Made by a program: the position numbers and the translations under genes | NCBI GenBank assembly: GCA_051117555.1 | Contig: JBNPEG010000021.1 | Coordinates: 63,101-127,100 of the forward strand | Length of the DNA stretch: 64,000 bases | Direction of reading: 5' to 3' | DNA from: Elainellaceae cyanobacterium | GTDB lineage: Bacteria; Cyanobacteriota; Cyanobacteriia; CAZCXK01 | Shown: one piece after another, positions 20,162-32,361 of the stretch | How the letters are laid out: the number at the start of each line of letters is the position of its first letter | Numbering within the stretch: position 1 is the first letter of the stretch | The notes under the pieces: generated by a model | What the model saw: the letters and a program-made list of their open reading frames with translations, nothing else | What the model was told of the DNA's origin: nothing | Database searches by the model: none

Positions 20162-21607
20162 ATGAAAGCCCGATCTAAATTTAAGCAAACCAAAACTAAA
20201 AAAAGTCTTTGGTTTGAGCGATTGATGGCAATCACGGCGCTCATCAATCTGTGTCTTGTCGCGTTCGACATTAGCTATATCCCCCTGCGCGACTTTTATC
20301 TACGCCGCATTCCTCAATTGACTCAGTGGTATGGCCGCCAGTTCAAAGGCATCGAACCTCATCGGGAAACCACTGCGTATCTAAACGCTGTTAATGAGCT
20401 AGAAGAACAGCTCGAACAGCAGGGTGAGGCTGCACTAGATACGACGCAAACCCAACAGTTGCTTCAAGAATTGCGCGTTCGCAGTGACGACATGGTCGAT
20501 GAAAATCCGTTTCAAGTTGCTGACAAATCGGGCACTCTAGAGCGAATTAAAAACCGAATGCGCGAGCGAATCGATGTTGATTCGTCTAAAGATGCCTTTA
20601 CGCAGTTTTGGAATGCTGACTATCTCAGCAGCGAGGGGTGGCGACAAGAAATTGTCTATTTTAATCAAGATATTCGCCCGCTGATAGAAACTAACTACTA
20701 CCGAGGTATTGGAGAAGATGGGCGGCCTATCGATGAGTTTTGGCGTATCGATATCTGGTTCGTTGCCATTTTTGGCATCGAGTTTTTAGCCCGAACCCTT
20801 TATTTGAGCCTTCGATATAAAGGCACCAACTGGTTTGACGCAATGCTCTGGCGATGGTACGACATATTGCTATTCATTCCGTTCTGGCGCTGGTTACGCA
20901 TTATTCCAGTCACTGTCCGTCTCCACCAATCTCGACTCGTCAATCTAGCCCCTATTCAATCCCGAGTTACTCGAGGGCTGGTTGCCAGTGTTGCTGTTGA
21001 GCTGACCGAAATTGTCGTCATCCGCATCATCGATCAAATGCAAAATTTGATTCGTCAAGGAGACGTTGCCCGGTGGATTCTCAATCCTGAACCAGAACGT
21101 CGGTATATTGACATCAACGGTGTTGACGAAATCCAAGCTATTTCTCAACGAATCGTGATGGTTTTGGTTTACAGGGTCTTGCCTCAGCTAAAGCCTGAAA
21201 TGGATGCCGTTCTAACTCATAGCGTCGGCAATGCAGTACATTCAACTCCTTTATATCAAGGTTTCCAAGCGATTCCGGGATTTAGCAACGTCCCCGATCA
21301 ATTGACCAAGCAGTTGGCGGCTGAAGTGACAAAAAATGCTTACAGCACGTTGACTAATGCAATGGAGGATTCGGTCGGTGCTGAGCTTACTCAAAAACTC
21401 ATCTTAAAATTGGGAGAAACGCTTCGAGACGAAATTCAGCAAGAAAATACGGTTGAGGAACTCGAGTATTTACTGACGGTTCTTTTAGAAGAAATCAAGA
21501 TTAACTATGTGAAGCGCATTCCTGACGAAGAACTCGACCAACTCGAAGACCAAGCATACAAACTCTACGAAGTCACTCAAATTGGAAAAAATAGAGAGAA
21601 AAAATAG
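20162..21607 (+). CDS. Conserved cyanobacterial membrane protein with voltage-sensor-like TM segments
   Basis: 481-aa ORF with TM segments ITALINLCLVAFD, IDIWFVAIFGIEFLAR and WYDILLFIPFWRWLRII, and a helical C-terminus. Confidence 0.7.
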   Translation: MKARSKFKQTKTKKSLWFERLMAITALINLCLVAFDISYIPLRDFYLRRIPQLTQWYGRQFKGIEPHRETTAYLNAVNELEEQLEQQGEAALDTTQTQQLLQELRVRSDDMVDENPFQVADKSGTLERIKNRMRERIDVDSSKDAFTQFWNADYLSSEGWRQEIVYFNQDIRPLIETNYYRGIGEDGRPIDEFWRIDIWFVAIFGIEFLARTLYLSLRYKGTNWFDAMLWRWYDILLFIPFWRWLRIIPVTVRLHQSRLVNLAPIQSRVTRGLVASVAVELTEIVVIRIIDQMQNLIRQGDVARWILNPEPERRYIDINGVDEIQAISQRIVMVLVYRVLPQLKPEMDAVLTHSVGNAVHSTPLYQGFQAIPGFSNVPDQLTKQLAAEVTKNAYSTLTNAMEDSVGAELTQKLILKLGETLRDEIQQENTVEELEYLLTVLLEEIKINYVKRIPDEELDQLEDQAYKLYEVTQIGKNREKK

Positions 21608-21721
21608 AGATTAGGACATTACGTTTAATTGAGAAGCCAATTCGAAGACTCTACGCTAAACTGAGATACAGCGAAGATCAGGGTTGATCTGAGCTTTTTC
21701 CAGAATCGCGTCTCCTGGAAG

Positions 21722-21745
21722 AAGTGGGCAACGCCCGCTTTTTTT
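21722..21745 (+). promoter_or_regulatory. rimP leader hairpin / attenuator
   Basis: AAGTGGGC-AAC-GCCCGCTT followed by a T run, upstream of rimP-nusA. Matches the widely conserved GTGGG..CCCAC-type rimP leader. Confidence 0.65.
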
Positions 21746-21820
21746 ATTGAAGGTTATAAGATTCTGTTCGTTAGTTTTGTCCAATTATTGGGCATGAGCA
21801 TTAGAAAATCAATCGGGACG

Positions 21821-22276
21821 ATGACTCATCCTCTCATTCCACAAATCATTGACTTAGCAGCACCTGTTGCAGAAAGTTTGGGCTTAGAAATTGTCGGAGC
21901 AGTGTTCCATACCAATCAAAACCCTCCGGTGCTGCGAGTCGATATTCGCAATCCTCAAACGGATACAGGGCTTAATGATTGTGAGCTCATGAGTCGCGCT
22001 TTAGAAGCTGCTCTTGATGCATCTGATCTGCTTCCAGATGCTTACATCCTCGAAATTTCTAGTCCCGGGATTTCGAGTCATTTGGCGAGCGATCGCGACT
22101 TTATTTCATTCAAAGGATTCCCGGTTATTGTTACAACGTACGAACCCTATGAGGGGCATCAATCGTGGGAGGGGAAGCTCATTCGGCGGGATGACAATGC
22201 TGTGTATCTCAATCGGAAAGGACGGGCGATCGCGATTCCGAGACACCTAGTTAGCAACGTTCTACTCACCCATTAA
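21821..22276 (+). CDS. rimP: Ribosome maturation factor RimP
   Basis: MTHPLIP start, DCELMSR and YILEISSPG motifs; lies directly upstream of nusA. Confidence 0.93.
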   Translation: MTHPLIPQIIDLAAPVAESLGLEIVGAVFHTNQNPPVLRVDIRNPQTDTGLNDCELMSRALEAALDASDLLPDAYILEISSPGISSHLASDRDFISFKGFPVIVTTYEPYEGHQSWEGKLIRRDDNAVYLNRKGRAIAIPRHLVSNVLLTH

Positions 22277-22449
22277 TCCGATTCCATTAGCAATTAATGC
22301 GCCTATTCGCGTCATCATCTCCCCCTGCTTTATCCCGTTACCAATGCGTTAAGCTCAACATCTCAGACGCCGCCCTTGCGATTTAAGCATCTATTATCTG
22401 CAATGCCGTCTCAACTCGGCGTATCAATATCCTTACGGAGGTCCTCACT

Positions 22450-23904
22450 ATGTCAATGGTTAATTTACCTGGGCTTCAAGACATGATCGAAGGCATCAGC
22501 CGCGAACGAAATCTGCCCAAGCATGCCGTCCAAGCCGCACTACGCGAAGCTCTCCTGAAAGGATACGAGCGCTATCGTCGCACTCATCGTCCAGATGCCG
22601 AAATATTTGACGAAGAGTACTTCGACAACTTTGATGTTGAGCTCGACATTGAAGAAGAAGGATTTCGGGTCCTCGCCACCAAGACGATCGTGGAAGACGT
22701 TACCGTTCCTGATCACCAAATTGCGCTTCGAGAAGTTCAAGAGGTTGCGGCTGAAGCCCAGTTAGGTGACACCGTGATTTTAGATGTCACCCCCGATCAG
22801 GGTGATTTTGGTCGCATGGCGGCCATTCAAACGAAGCAGGTGCTGGCTCAAAAGCTACGCGATCAGCAGCGCAAGCTTGTCCAAGAAGAATTTCAAGATT
22901 TAGAAGGCACAGTCCTGCAAGCCAGGGTGCTTCGATTCGAACGACAATCTGTCATCATGGCGGTCAGCAGTAGCTTTGGTCAGCCAGAAGTCGAAGCAGA
23001 GCTTCTCAAGCGGGATCAATTACCCAACGATAACTATCGAGTCAATGCCACCTTTAAGGTTTACTTGAAGAGAGTATCGGAAGGGTCACATCGAGGACCT
23101 CAGCTCTTAGTGTCGCGTGCTGATGCTGGCTTGGTAGTATACCTGTTTGCCAATGAGGTCCCCGAAATTGAAGATGAAGTGGTCCGTATCGTTGCTGTTG
23201 CGCGAGAAGCAAATCCTCCCTCGCGGCATATTGGTCCACGCACCAAGATCGCGGTTGATACGCTAGAGCGAGATGTCGATCCGGTGGGTGCCTGCATTGG
23301 TGCACGGGGATCTCGTATTCAAGTCGTCGTTAATGAATTGCGAGGTGAGAAGATTGATGTGATTCGCTGGTCGCCTGATCCGGCCACCTACATTTCAAAT
23401 GCGCTTAGTCCTGCGCGAGTTGATGAGGTTCGGCTAATTAACCCCGAAGAGCGTCAGGCGCATGTCCTTGTTCCGGAAGATCAGCTCAGCTTGGCGATCG
23501 GCAAAGAGGGCCAAAACGTTCGGCTCGCAGCTCGATTGACCGGCTGGAAGATTGATATTAAAGATTCTGCCAAATATGACTACGACGCAGAAGATCGCAA
23601 AATTCAAGAATTAGAAGAAGGTCGTCGTCGAGCTCACGAAGAGGCTCTCGCAGCAGACGCTGAATTTGACGAACTTGAGGAAGACGAACCTGATGCAGAC
23701 ATGGCTGAAGAAGAGCTCGATGCTGAGCCCGTAATGCCTGTTGCAGAAAATGATGCAGACCAGGAAAGCGATGGGGATCACGAGAGTGGGGAGGATCAGG
23801 AGAGCGAGGAGGCGATCGCCTCAAATGATTCGGAATCTGCCCAAACTAAAAACGATGGATTTGGCGCCGAAGCCAGCGCCGCAACAGAACGCCCTGGTCA
23901 TTAG
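22450..23904 (+). CDS. nusA: Transcription termination/antitermination factor NusA
   Basis: FGRMAAIQTKQV, S1 and KH domains (DPVGACIGARGSRI, SLAIGKEGQNVRLAARLTGWKIDI) and an acidic tail. Confidence 0.97.
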   Translation: MSMVNLPGLQDMIEGISRERNLPKHAVQAALREALLKGYERYRRTHRPDAEIFDEEYFDNFDVELDIEEEGFRVLATKTIVEDVTVPDHQIALREVQEVAAEAQLGDTVILDVTPDQGDFGRMAAIQTKQVLAQKLRDQQRKLVQEEFQDLEGTVLQARVLRFERQSVIMAVSSSFGQPEVEAELLKRDQLPNDNYRVNATFKVYLKRVSEGSHRGPQLLVSRADAGLVVYLFANEVPEIEDEVVRIVAVAREANPPSRHIGPRTKIAVDTLERDVDPVGACIGARGSRIQVVVNELRGEKIDVIRWSPDPATYISNALSPARVDEVRLINPEERQAHVLVPEDQLSLAIGKEGQNVRLAARLTGWKIDIKDSAKYDYDAEDRKIQELEEGRRRAHEEALAADAEFDELEEDEPDADMAEEELDAEPVMPVAENDADQESDGDHESGEDQESEEAIASNDSESAQTKNDGFGAEASAATERPGH

Positions 23905-23975
23905 GTATCTAGTGCAGCTTCGCCTATATCTTCTGTATAGCCCCAATTATTAGTCAACGCGCTAGCATAGATCCT

Positions 23976-24227
23976 ATGGAGCAAAATTATCGCCGCTGCA
24001 TCAGCTGCCGAAACGCTGCTCCCAAACAAAATTTCTGGCGAATTGTTCGAGTATACCCATCTCGAACGCTACAATTAGATAATGGGATAGGGCGTTCAGC
24101 CTATATTTGCCCCGATCCCGAATGCCTAAAGGCAGCTCAGAAAAAAAATCGTTTAGGTCGGGCTTTAAGGGTGCCTGTGCCACCGGCCATTTATGAGCAA
24201 CTTTGGCAGCGTTTGGCGGATGAATAG
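23976..24227 (+). CDS. ylxR: YlxR / DUF448 RNA-binding protein
   Basis: RRCISCR...GRSAYIC...CL..A.KKNRL.RAL, in the usual position between nusA and infB. Confidence 0.9.
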   Translation: MEQNYRRCISCRNAAPKQNFWRIVRVYPSRTLQLDNGIGRSAYICPDPECLKAAQKKNRLGRALRVPVPPAIYEQLWQRLADE

Positions 24228-24881
24228 GAGGAGCAGCTTTCTTTGTACTACTAAGATGAAATGTCGGTTCGCATCAATCAGCCGAACGGCCATCCATTCA
24301 AAAATTTTTGTGCAGATCCTGGCGTTTCCTGCGCATGTAGCTTTAGTTTGTAATTTCAATCGTGAATAATCCGTAGCGTGTACCTGTCTCAAATTTATTA
24401 TCTGAGGCATTTGGGAATGGACTTGGTTATTCATTCACTAGACTTGACGTTGAGGCATCTAGAAAATTTAGAATTTGACAATTATTCGGTTGCCTTGGCA
24501 GTCATGGACAAATTTGAGCGATAATACGTCGGTCAGCAGAGTTGTGGTTTCAGACATTTCGATACCCTAGTAGAGGTGCTAGAAAACCGAACCAAGTTCT
24601 GCTTACATAGGCTTGAATAGTAGCTGTAAAATCTTGCTGCTATCTTATGTAAAGACTTTCCGACTCCAGTCGGATTCGTGCATGATGGTTAAGGATGCTT
24701 ATCAAGGAGTGGCATATCAAAACAAATACCCCTTCGAAATTAGAGCATAATCGTTTGCATTTCTTATTTGAGAGAGGTGGTCACCATCCTCACTTCTTGG
24801 AAGTTGAGATATGAAAACCGTCGTTTCTTTAGGGCAGTAGATCGTATGTAACAAGCAGTCGGAACGAAGAGGAAAGAGTGG

Positions 24882-27800
24882 ATGAACAACGGCAAAGTCA
24901 GGATATACGAGCTTTCGAAAGAATTAGATTTAGATAATAGAGACATTTTAGAGGTCTGTGGTCAGCTAAATATTTCAGCAAAGAGTCATAGCAGCACAAT
25001 CACTGAGCAAGACGCGAATCGAATTCGCACCGCTGCCGAAAAGTATACTCCTAGCCGATCCTCCTCCAGCAAACATGCTGCCGCTGGTCATTCCACAGGG
25101 GCTCGGACCAAGTCGACCGCATCTAAAGCGCCCGTGAAGAAAAAGCAACAGATATTAGAAGTTCGCAAGCATCGTCCAACCACTGCGGATTCGCCCAAGC
25201 GTCCTGAAGTCGCCGCGAAGCCGCCGGTGTCGCGCCCTCAACCTCCATCGACCCCTCCTGCGCCAACACCGCCTTCTGCTACGCCAGAACAGCCGGAGAA
25301 AGCTGTTCCAGTTGAAGCGTCAAATTCCGATAGCGCAGTCGCTGAGTACTCTGCGCTGCCAGAATTACAGCGCCCATCCGCCTCGAAGCCGATGGAGTCG
25401 CCCGACGATAAGGTAGATTTACCAGATCAGGAATTAGATAGCGTAGATCACGAGCAGGATGAGGACGAAGATGTTCCAGAACTTATCAAGCCGCCTGCGC
25501 GACCCACTGAGGACGATACCAGCCCTCAACCTACGACAGTCGAACGTCCTATTCTAAAGCGTTCAAAGCCGCAACGCTCTGACTCGTCTAAGCCAGAACG
25601 TCGTGATGCTAATGAGGCTGAGATAAGGCAGCCTGTTAAATCAGATCAGAATGGCAGGTCGGGTCAAGCCCCTGAGGTGAAGAAGCCTAGTGCACCTCGG
25701 CCAAAGCCTGCTACAGAACTCCGTCGGCCTCCATCCCGTCCTTCGACGGAGGAAACGCGTAAGAAAGATGAACCACGGGATGACGATGATCTCGTTGCCA
25801 TTCCTGACGATACGACTGATCTAGAGCTTCGTCGTCCAATGCCTCCTCGCCCACCGAAGAGACAAAAAAATCGGGTGGAAGAAGAGGACGATGAGCAGCA
25901 AGAGCTTCTTCAGCGCAAAGCTCCTAAGACAAAGCGTCGTACTCAACCTGTTATCGAAGAAGAGGAAGAAGAAGATCTCGATGACATGCGAGCGGGGAAC
26001 GAGGTCAGCCAGTCTCAAGTGAGCCTGTCGCTGATGCGTCCACCCAAGCCCAAGAATTATCCGGGGCAGAAAAAGACTGCTTCTGTTACTCCTGCGTCGC
26101 AGCGTCCGAAAAAGTCAGATCCCACCAAAGATACGAGTCGATCACAACGCCGCGATCGCCGTGAGTCCGAGAATAAACCGGAGCGTCCTGAACTTATTAC
26201 GTTAACGGACAGCATCTCCGTTCACGATTTAGCCGAAGCGCTGACCGTACCCGAAACGGAAGTCATTAAAGTCCTTTTCCATAAAGGGATTGCCGCCAAT
26301 ATCAATCAGATTCTCGATATTCCTACCGCAACGATGGTTGCTGAGGAATTTGAAGTCAGGGTTGAAACAGCTGAAGCTGAGGCTGAAGCGAAGAAAACAA
26401 CCGAGATGTTAGACGAGGCTGATCTCGATAGCCTGCAACGACGTCCACCCGTGGTCACGATCATGGGACACGTTGATCATGGCAAAACGACCCTGCTTGA
26501 TTCCATCCGCAAGACCAAAGTGGCTCAGGGAGAAGCGGGCGGCATTACCCAACATATTGGGGCATATCATGTTGATGTCACTCATGGCGACACCGATCAG
26601 CAGGTCGTTTTCCTTGACACTCCTGGGCACGAAGCCTTTACCGCAATGCGGGCTCGAGGAGCACGAGTGACTGATATTGCCGTGTTAGTGGTCGCAGCTG
26701 ATGATGGAGTTCGACCTCAAACGATCGAGGCGATTAGCCACGCGAAGGCCGCTGGTGTGCCCATCGTTGTTGCCATCAATAAAGTTGACAAAGAGGGGGC
26801 TCAACCGGATCGGGTTAAGCAGGAATTAACCGAACACGGACTGGTGTCAGAGGAGTGGGGCGGTGACACTATTATGGTTCCAGTGAGCGCCATCACAGGT
26901 GATAACCTGGATACCCTCTTAGAAATGCTGCTCTTGGTTTCTGAGGTCGAAGACTTATATGCCAACCCCGATCGCTCTGCACGAGGCACTGTGATTGAGG
27001 CAAACCTAGACAAAGCGAGAGGCCCCGTAGCGACATTATTGGTTCAAAATGGAACCTTACGAGTGGGCGACAGCTTAGTTGCTGGCTCTGCATTTGGTAA
27101 AGTTAGGGCAATGATTGACGATCGCGGAAGGCGCGTCGAAGCAGCTGATCCATCATTCGCTGTTGAAGTATTAGGACTTAATGATGTCCCTGCAGCGGGT
27201 GACGAATTTGAAGTCTTCACCGATGAAAAAGAGGCTCGTTCTGTGTCGGCTGATCGGACAGAGCAGCAGCGTCAGTCTCGCTTACAGCAGGCAATGGCAT
27301 CTCGCCGAGTCAGCTTGAATAGTTTTTCTGCTCAGGCTCAAGAAGGCGAACTGAAAGAACTCAATCTCATTCTCAAAGCCGATGTTCAAGGGTCGGTGGA
27401 AGCGATCTTAGCATCCCTTCAACAGCTACCTCAAAAAGAGGTTCAGGTTCGAGTCTTGCTTGCTGCGCCGGGTGAAGTGACAGAAACGGATGTTGACTTG
27501 GCGGCAGCGAGTAGCGCAGTGATTGTCGGATTCAATACAACATTAGCTAGCGGTGCTCGGCAAGCTGCCGATCGCGCTGGAGTTGACGTTCGCGAATATA
27601 ACATCATCTACAAGCTGCTTGAAGATATCGAAGGCGCAATGGAGGGTCTGTTAGAGCCTGAGATGGTTGAAGAGCCGCTGGGTCAAGTTCAAGTTAGGGC
27701 GGTATTCCCGGTTGGCAAGGGCTCAGTCGCAGGATGTTATGTACAATCGGGCAAGGTCATCCGAAATTGCCGCGTCCGAGTGCGTCGAGGTAGCGAAGTT

Positions 27801-27968
27801 GTCTACGAAGGAAATCTAGACTCCCTGAAGCGGATGAAAGATGATGTTAAGGAAGTCAATGCCGGTTATGAATGCGGTATTGGCATCGATCGCTTCAACA
27901 GTTGGGAAGAAGGCGATATCATCGAAACCTTCCGAATGGTGTCGAAACGCCGGACTCTTTCTGCCTAG
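24882..27968 (+). CDS. infB: Translation initiation factor IF-2
   Basis: [12 protein letters not shown]-terminus, [28 protein letters not shown] and NKVD GTPase motifs. Confidence 0.98.
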   Translation: MNNGKVRIYELSKELDLDNRDILEVCGQLNISAKSHSSTITEQDANRIRTAAEKYTPSRSSSSKHAAAGHSTGARTKSTASKAPVKKKQQILEVRKHRPTTADSPKRPEVAAKPPVSRPQPPSTPPAPTPPSATPEQPEKAVPVEASNSDSAVAEYSALPELQRPSASKPMESPDDKVDLPDQELDSVDHEQDEDEDVPELIKPPARPTEDDTSPQPTTVERPILKRSKPQRSDSSKPERRDANEAEIRQPVKSDQNGRSGQAPEVKKPSAPRPKPATELRRPPSRPSTEETRKKDEPRDDDDLVAIPDDTTDLELRRPMPPRPPKRQKNRVEEEDDEQQELLQRKAPKTKRRTQPVIEEEEEEDLDDMRAGNEVSQSQVSLSLMRPPKPKNYPGQKKTASVTPASQRPKKSDPTKDTSRSQRRDRRESENKPERPELITLTDSISVHDLAEALTVPETEVIKVLFHKGIAANINQILDIPTATMVAEEFEVRVETAEAEAEAKKTTEMLDEADLDSLQRRPPVVTIMGHVDHGKTTLLDSIRKTKVAQGEAGGITQHIGAYHVDVTHGDTDQQVVFLDTPGHEAFTAMRARGARVTDIAVLVVAADDGVRPQTIEAISHAKAAGVPIVVAINKVDKEGAQPDRVKQELTEHGLVSEEWGGDTIMVPVSAITGDNLDTLLEMLLLVSEVEDLYANPDRSARGTVIEANLDKARGPVATLLVQNGTLRVGDSLVAGSAFGKVRAMIDDRGRRVEAADPSFAVEVLGLNDVPAAGDEFEVFTDEKEARSVSADRTEQQRQSRLQQAMASRRVSLNSFSAQAQEGELKELNLILKADVQGSVEAILASLQQLPQKEVQVRVLLAAPGEVTETDVDLAAASSAVIVGFNTTLASGARQAADRAGVDVREYNIIYKLLEDIEGAMEGLLEPEMVEEPLGQVQVRAVFPVGKGSVAGCYVQSGKVIRNCRVRVRRGSEVVYEGNLDSLKRMKDDVKEVNAGYECGIGIDRFNSWEEGDIIETFRMVSKRRTLSA

Positions 27969-28034
27969 ATTGTGAATGGCCAGTCACCCGTGTAAGAAAT
28001 GGGTGGCTGGTTTTTTAATGGACTCCTTCGACGT

Positions 28035-28664
28035 ATGGAATCGAATACATTTCAAGTGTGCGATCGCGATCTCTCAGATGATAGTCTGTCTCAGCTTCTT
28101 GAGGCAGACTCCATTGCCATTGATACTGAGACAATGGGGTTATTGCCCCAGCGCGATCGCCTTTGCCTGGTTCAACTCTGCGATCCTCAAGACCGCGTGA
28201 CTGCTGTTCGTATTGAAATCGGCCAAAAAGAGGCTCCTAACCTTAAACAACTATTGGAAACTCCAACCATTCTTAAGGTCTTTCACTTTGCCCGATTTGA
28301 CATTGCAATGCTGCGATATCATCTAGGCATTCAAGTGGCCTCATTGTTCTGCACCAAGATTGCTAGCAAGCTTGCCCGTACCTATACTCCTCGGCATGGA
28401 CTCAAAGACGTCGTGCAAGAGCTAGAGCACGTCGAACTCGATAAGAGCGCTCAAAGTTCAGATTGGGGAAATGTTGCGAATCTTTCGCCGGATCAGCTTC
28501 AGTATGCCGCGAACGACGTTCGCCACTTGCTTAGCGTGCAGCTCAAACTCACTGAAATGCTCAAACGAGAGGGACGGCTGGATCTTGCCCAGCAGTGTTT
28601 TGCATGTCTTCCGGTTTTGGCAACCCTGGATTTGTTGCAGTATCACAACATTTTTGAGCATTAA
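28035..28664 (+). CDS. rnd: Ribonuclease D-like 3'-5' exonuclease (DEDDy)
   Basis: IAIDTETMGL, KVFHFARFD, SDWG and YAANDV motifs. Confidence 0.85.
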   Translation: MESNTFQVCDRDLSDDSLSQLLEADSIAIDTETMGLLPQRDRLCLVQLCDPQDRVTAVRIEIGQKEAPNLKQLLETPTILKVFHFARFDIAMLRYHLGIQVASLFCTKIASKLARTYTPRHGLKDVVQELEHVELDKSAQSSDWGNVANLSPDQLQYAANDVRHLLSVQLKLTEMLKREGRLDLAQQCFACLPVLATLDLLQYHNIFEH

Positions 28665-28684
28665 TAAGCAGCATTAATGGGTGC

Positions 28685-31600
28685 CTAGTCCACTGCCTGC
28701 TCTGCCTCAACTGGCAATGGGGCAGGCGGATGTTGTGCTAAGACGGACTTCAGGTATTGCCCTGTATACGAATCAAAGGATTGAGCGACCGTCTCTGGAG
28801 TGCCGACTGCAACCAGTTCTCCCCCGCGATCGCCCCCCTCGGGACCTAAATCTACAAGCCAATCGGCAGAACGAATTACGTCTAAATTGTGCTCGATGAC
28901 AATGACCGAATTCCCCTTATCGACGAGGCGTTGTAAAACATCCAAAAGTTTGTGGACATCATAGAAAGATAATCCCGTTGTTGGTTCATCAATGAGATAA
29001 AGGGTTTTTCCCGTAGCGCGGCGAGACAGTTCGGTTGCCAGCTTCAATCGTTGTGCCTCCCCACCAGATAGGGTCGGAGCTGTTTGCCCAAGCCGCACGT
29101 AGCCCAAGCCCACATCAACCATCGTTTGCAGCTTAGCAGACGCCTTCGGAATATTTTGGAAAAAGTCTGCTGCCTCTTCAGCCGTCATGCTTAACACATC
29201 GGCAATCGACTTTCCTTTATATTTCACTTGCAGAGTCTCTCGGTTGTAGCGGGCTCCCTTACATACTTCGCACTGGACATATACATCGGGCAGAAAGTTC
29301 ATTTCAATAACATTGACGCCCTGTCCGCCACACGCTTCACATCGCCCGCCTTTGACATTAAACGAAAACTGCCCTGGCTTGTAGCCTCGTGCTTTTGCCT
29401 CGACCGTTTGGGCAAACAAATCACGAATGACATCAAATACGCCGGTGTAGGTTGCAGGATTCGAGCGCGGCGTTCGACCAATGGGCGACTGGTCAATGAC
29501 GATGGCCTTGTCCAGAGAATTCAGCCCGACAACTTTATCGATTTCCTTCGGCATGGGGATTTTACGGCCAAAATGATGCTGCAACGCCGGATAAAGCAGC
29601 TCATTGACGAGCGTGGATTTCCCAGATCCTGATACACCCGTGATGCATACCAGCATGCCGAGTGGAATTTCCACGTCTAGATTTTTGAGATTATTACGTC
29701 GAGCATTTTTTACGACTAACCGTCTACCATTCCCGTTACGACGAGATGCAGGCGTATGAATCACCCTCTGCCCCGATAGATAGGCTCCCGTTAGAGATTC
29801 TTTGCTCGACAAAACAGAATTCAGGCTTCCTTGGGCAATGATTGCGCCCCCGTGTACTCCCGCCCCAGGACCAATATCCACAATATAGTCGGCAGCGCGA
29901 ATGGTTTCCTCATCATGCTCAACCACAATTAAGGTATTTCCTAAGTCGCGGAGTCGATTCAGGGTCAATAGCAATCGTCCATTATCGCGTTGGTGGAGTC
30001 CGATACTGGGTTCATCTAGCACATACAGAACCCCTGTCAGCCCGGAGCCAATCTGAGTCGCAAGACGAATTCGCTGGGCTTCTCCCCCTGAAAGCGTCAT
30101 GGCCGTGCGATCAAGCGTCAGATAATCTAATCCAACATCTAATAAAAATTGGAGCCGTGCTTTGATTTCGCGCAAGACTAAATCCCCAATCTGCGCTTGT
30201 CGAGAGGTGAGTTGCAAATCGTAGATGCGCTGCAGTGACTCTCGAATAGATGCGCTCGTAAAATCTTTGAGGCGATACTGCCCAATTCGTACGGCCAATG
30301 CTTCAGGACGCAGGCGATCGCCCCCACACATTTCACAGGGTTGTTCAATTAAATAGTGTTCTAACTTTTGCTTGTAGAGCTCTGAGGTGCTTTCTCGATA
30401 CTGCCGCTCCAGCATTGGCAAAACGCCTTCATAACGGCGATTATAGCCCCGGCGTTCGCCATATCGAGAGTCTGACTCGATATAGATTTTCTCCTTAGAA
30501 CCGTGCAAGACAATAGCCTGCTGATCGGGAGTAAGCTGATTCCACGGCGTTTGAATTTCAAAGCCAAAAGCTTGCCCCACGCTGTAGAGCAATGAAAAAT
30601 AGTACGTGTTGTCTTTTTCTGACCAGGGGGCGATCGCTGCATAGAGCGGCAACGTCGGGTCAGGAACCACCAATTCCTCAGAAAAACGGCGTAGGGTGCC
30701 TAGTCCGTGACAGTGGGGACACGCTCCATAGGGAGAATTAAAAGAAAACAGGCGGGGAGACAGCTCTTCCATGACTGCCCCATGTTCAGGGCAAGCAAAA
30801 TTTTCAGAAAACACTAGCTCCTTTGGTAATGCGTCGTCGTCAGCAAGGGAGCTTGGATTATAGGCAGATCCCGTTTCGGCTGCCTGGTAACGAGACGATC
30901 GCCGTTTTGACAGTTCGACAACCTTGCCATCGGAGGATTGATCTTCGTCTTCCGATGAATCTTGAGTGGATGACACGATGTCGATAATTGCAATTCCGGC
31001 TGCCCGCTTCAGGCAAGTTGAGAGCGAGTCAACCAGCCTTTCTTGCATGCCCTCTCGCTTGACCAGACGGTCTACGATGACCTCAATGTCGTGAAATTGG
31101 TTTTTATCTAACTGAATGGGGTCTGATAGATCTCTGACCTCACCATCGACTCGAACGCGAACAAACCCCTCCGATGCCAGACTCGACAACAGTTTTTTAT
31201 GAGTCCCCTTTTTGCCGCGCACCACAGGGGCCAAAATCTGAAACCGCGTGCGGTCAGGGAGTTCTAAAATGCGATCGCACATTTGATCGATCGTTTGGGG
31301 CGAAATCGAGCGATCGCAATGGGGACAATGAGGCTCTCCCGCGCGACCATACAATAGACGAAGATAATCATAGATTTCAGTGACCGTACCCACTGTCGAG
31401 CGAGGGTTGTGGGAGGTCGATTTCTGATCGATCGAGATCGCCGGACTCAAGCCCTCGATGGCATCAACATCAGGCTTATCAACTTGTCCCAAAAACTGAC
31501 GCGCATACGCACTCAGAGATTCGACATAGCGCCGCTGGCCTTCAGCAAAGATCGTGTCAAATGCCAGCGACGACTTGCCTGACCCCGAAACTCCTGTGAA

Positions 31601-31765
31601 TACGATGAGGCGATCGCGCGGTAGCTCTAGATCGATATTCTTTAAGTTGTGCTGCCGTGCTCCCCGAATTCGGATGACATTTTGAGACGGCTTCGCCGAC
31701 TTAGCATGACGCCCGTTTGCCGAGGCGGTGCTCTGGTTATCTGCGGTACTCGCTTTTTGAGACAT
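28685..31765 (-). CDS. uvrA: Excinuclease ABC subunit A
   Basis: Two ABC ATPase halves ([26 protein letters not shown]) and Zn fingers. Confidence 0.98.
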   Translation of the reverse strand: MSQKASTADNQSTASANGRHAKSAKPSQNVIRIRGARQHNLKNIDLELPRDRLIVFTGVSGSGKSSLAFDTIFAEGQRRYVESLSAYARQFLGQVDKPDVDAIEGLSPAISIDQKSTSHNPRSTVGTVTEIYDYLRLLYGRAGEPHCPHCDRSISPQTIDQMCDRILELPDRTRFQILAPVVRGKKGTHKKLLSSLASEGFVRVRVDGEVRDLSDPIQLDKNQFHDIEVIVDRLVKREGMQERLVDSLSTCLKRAAGIAIIDIVSSTQDSSEDEDQSSDGKVVELSKRRSSRYQAAETGSAYNPSSLADDDALPKELVFSENFACPEHGAVMEELSPRLFSFNSPYGACPHCHGLGTLRRFSEELVVPDPTLPLYAAIAPWSEKDNTYYFSLLYSVGQAFGFEIQTPWNQLTPDQQAIVLHGSKEKIYIESDSRYGERRGYNRRYEGVLPMLERQYRESTSELYKQKLEHYLIEQPCEMCGGDRLRPEALAVRIGQYRLKDFTSASIRESLQRIYDLQLTSRQAQIGDLVLREIKARLQFLLDVGLDYLTLDRTAMTLSGGEAQRIRLATQIGSGLTGVLYVLDEPSIGLHQRDNGRLLLTLNRLRDLGNTLIVVEHDEETIRAADYIVDIGPGAGVHGGAIIAQGSLNSVLSSKESLTGAYLSGQRVIHTPASRRNGNGRRLVVKNARRNNLKNLDVEIPLGMLVCITGVSGSGKSTLVNELLYPALQHHFGRKIPMPKEIDKVVGLNSLDKAIVIDQSPIGRTPRSNPATYTGVFDVIRDLFAQTVEAKARGYKPGQFSFNVKGGRCEACGGQGVNVIEMNFLPDVYVQCEVCKGARYNRETLQVKYKGKSIADVLSMTAEEAADFFQNIPKASAKLQTMVDVGLGYVRLGQTAPTLSGGEAQRLKLATELSRRATGKTLYLIDEPTTGLSFYDVHKLLDVLQRLVDKGNSVIVIEHNLDVIRSADWLVDLGPEGGDRGGELVAVGTPETVAQSFDSYTGQYLKSVLAQHPPAPLPVEAEQAVD

Positions 31766-31864
31766 GAGGGGCACGCTAACAGGCTACAAATCGATCAGCA
31801 ACAGATTTTAACAATTTTATCGCTATTCTCTCGAATCCACCTGCTAATCCTAAACATGAACCCC

Positions 31865-31957
31865 ATAGCGGTATGCGCTTGAGTTAGGCACGGAGGTGTA
31901 GGCCGCGCCGCACTCCACACCAGCATTTATGGACTTAGCACCATTGCAAATTGCTAT
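31865..31957. mobile_element. TATAGC-ended mini-element, family B
   Basis: ATAGCGGTATGCGCTT...GTGTAGG...CACACC...CTTAGCAC...TTGCTATA is similar to the reverse complement of 34103-34179. Confidence 0.55.
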
Positions 31958-32361
31958 AAGCAGGTTTAAAAAGCAGATTTAAATCGGAGAATCCTATCCT
32001 ACACCTGATATTAGATTAATACGTGCGTCCTACTCCGTGCATCCAAAATACAGCCTTATATGGCCTTAATATAGCCTCACGTTCTTGCCATGAGGACATC
32101 AAACGTGCGTATAATCCTTGCGCCACTGGGGCTCTTGATACACATCTGAGCCCGGTAGGGTTCAATCATAGCTAGCTTTAATACAGATTAGGAGACGAAT
32201 CGGAAGAAAATTATACGTCGGAAGAATCTGAATGCAAGGGCTATCGTCGTATCCTGTGACATCGCTCCCATCTCGATTACGGCCCGTCATCGCTCAGTCA
32301 TGACCCCCCTGACAGAGCTACAATAGAGCCAATATGTTGCTCAGTTGCAGGTTTTACGAGT

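Noticed and set aside
24228..24881. Hidden gene or ncRNA in the ~650-bp ylxR-infB spacer
   Set aside because: Only short ORFs without motifs and no convincing structure; long infB leaders are common in cyanobacteria.
31775..32361. LexA/SOS box upstream of uvrA
   Set aside because: No match to the cyanobacterial RGTAC-N3-DGTWCB consensus was seen by eye.
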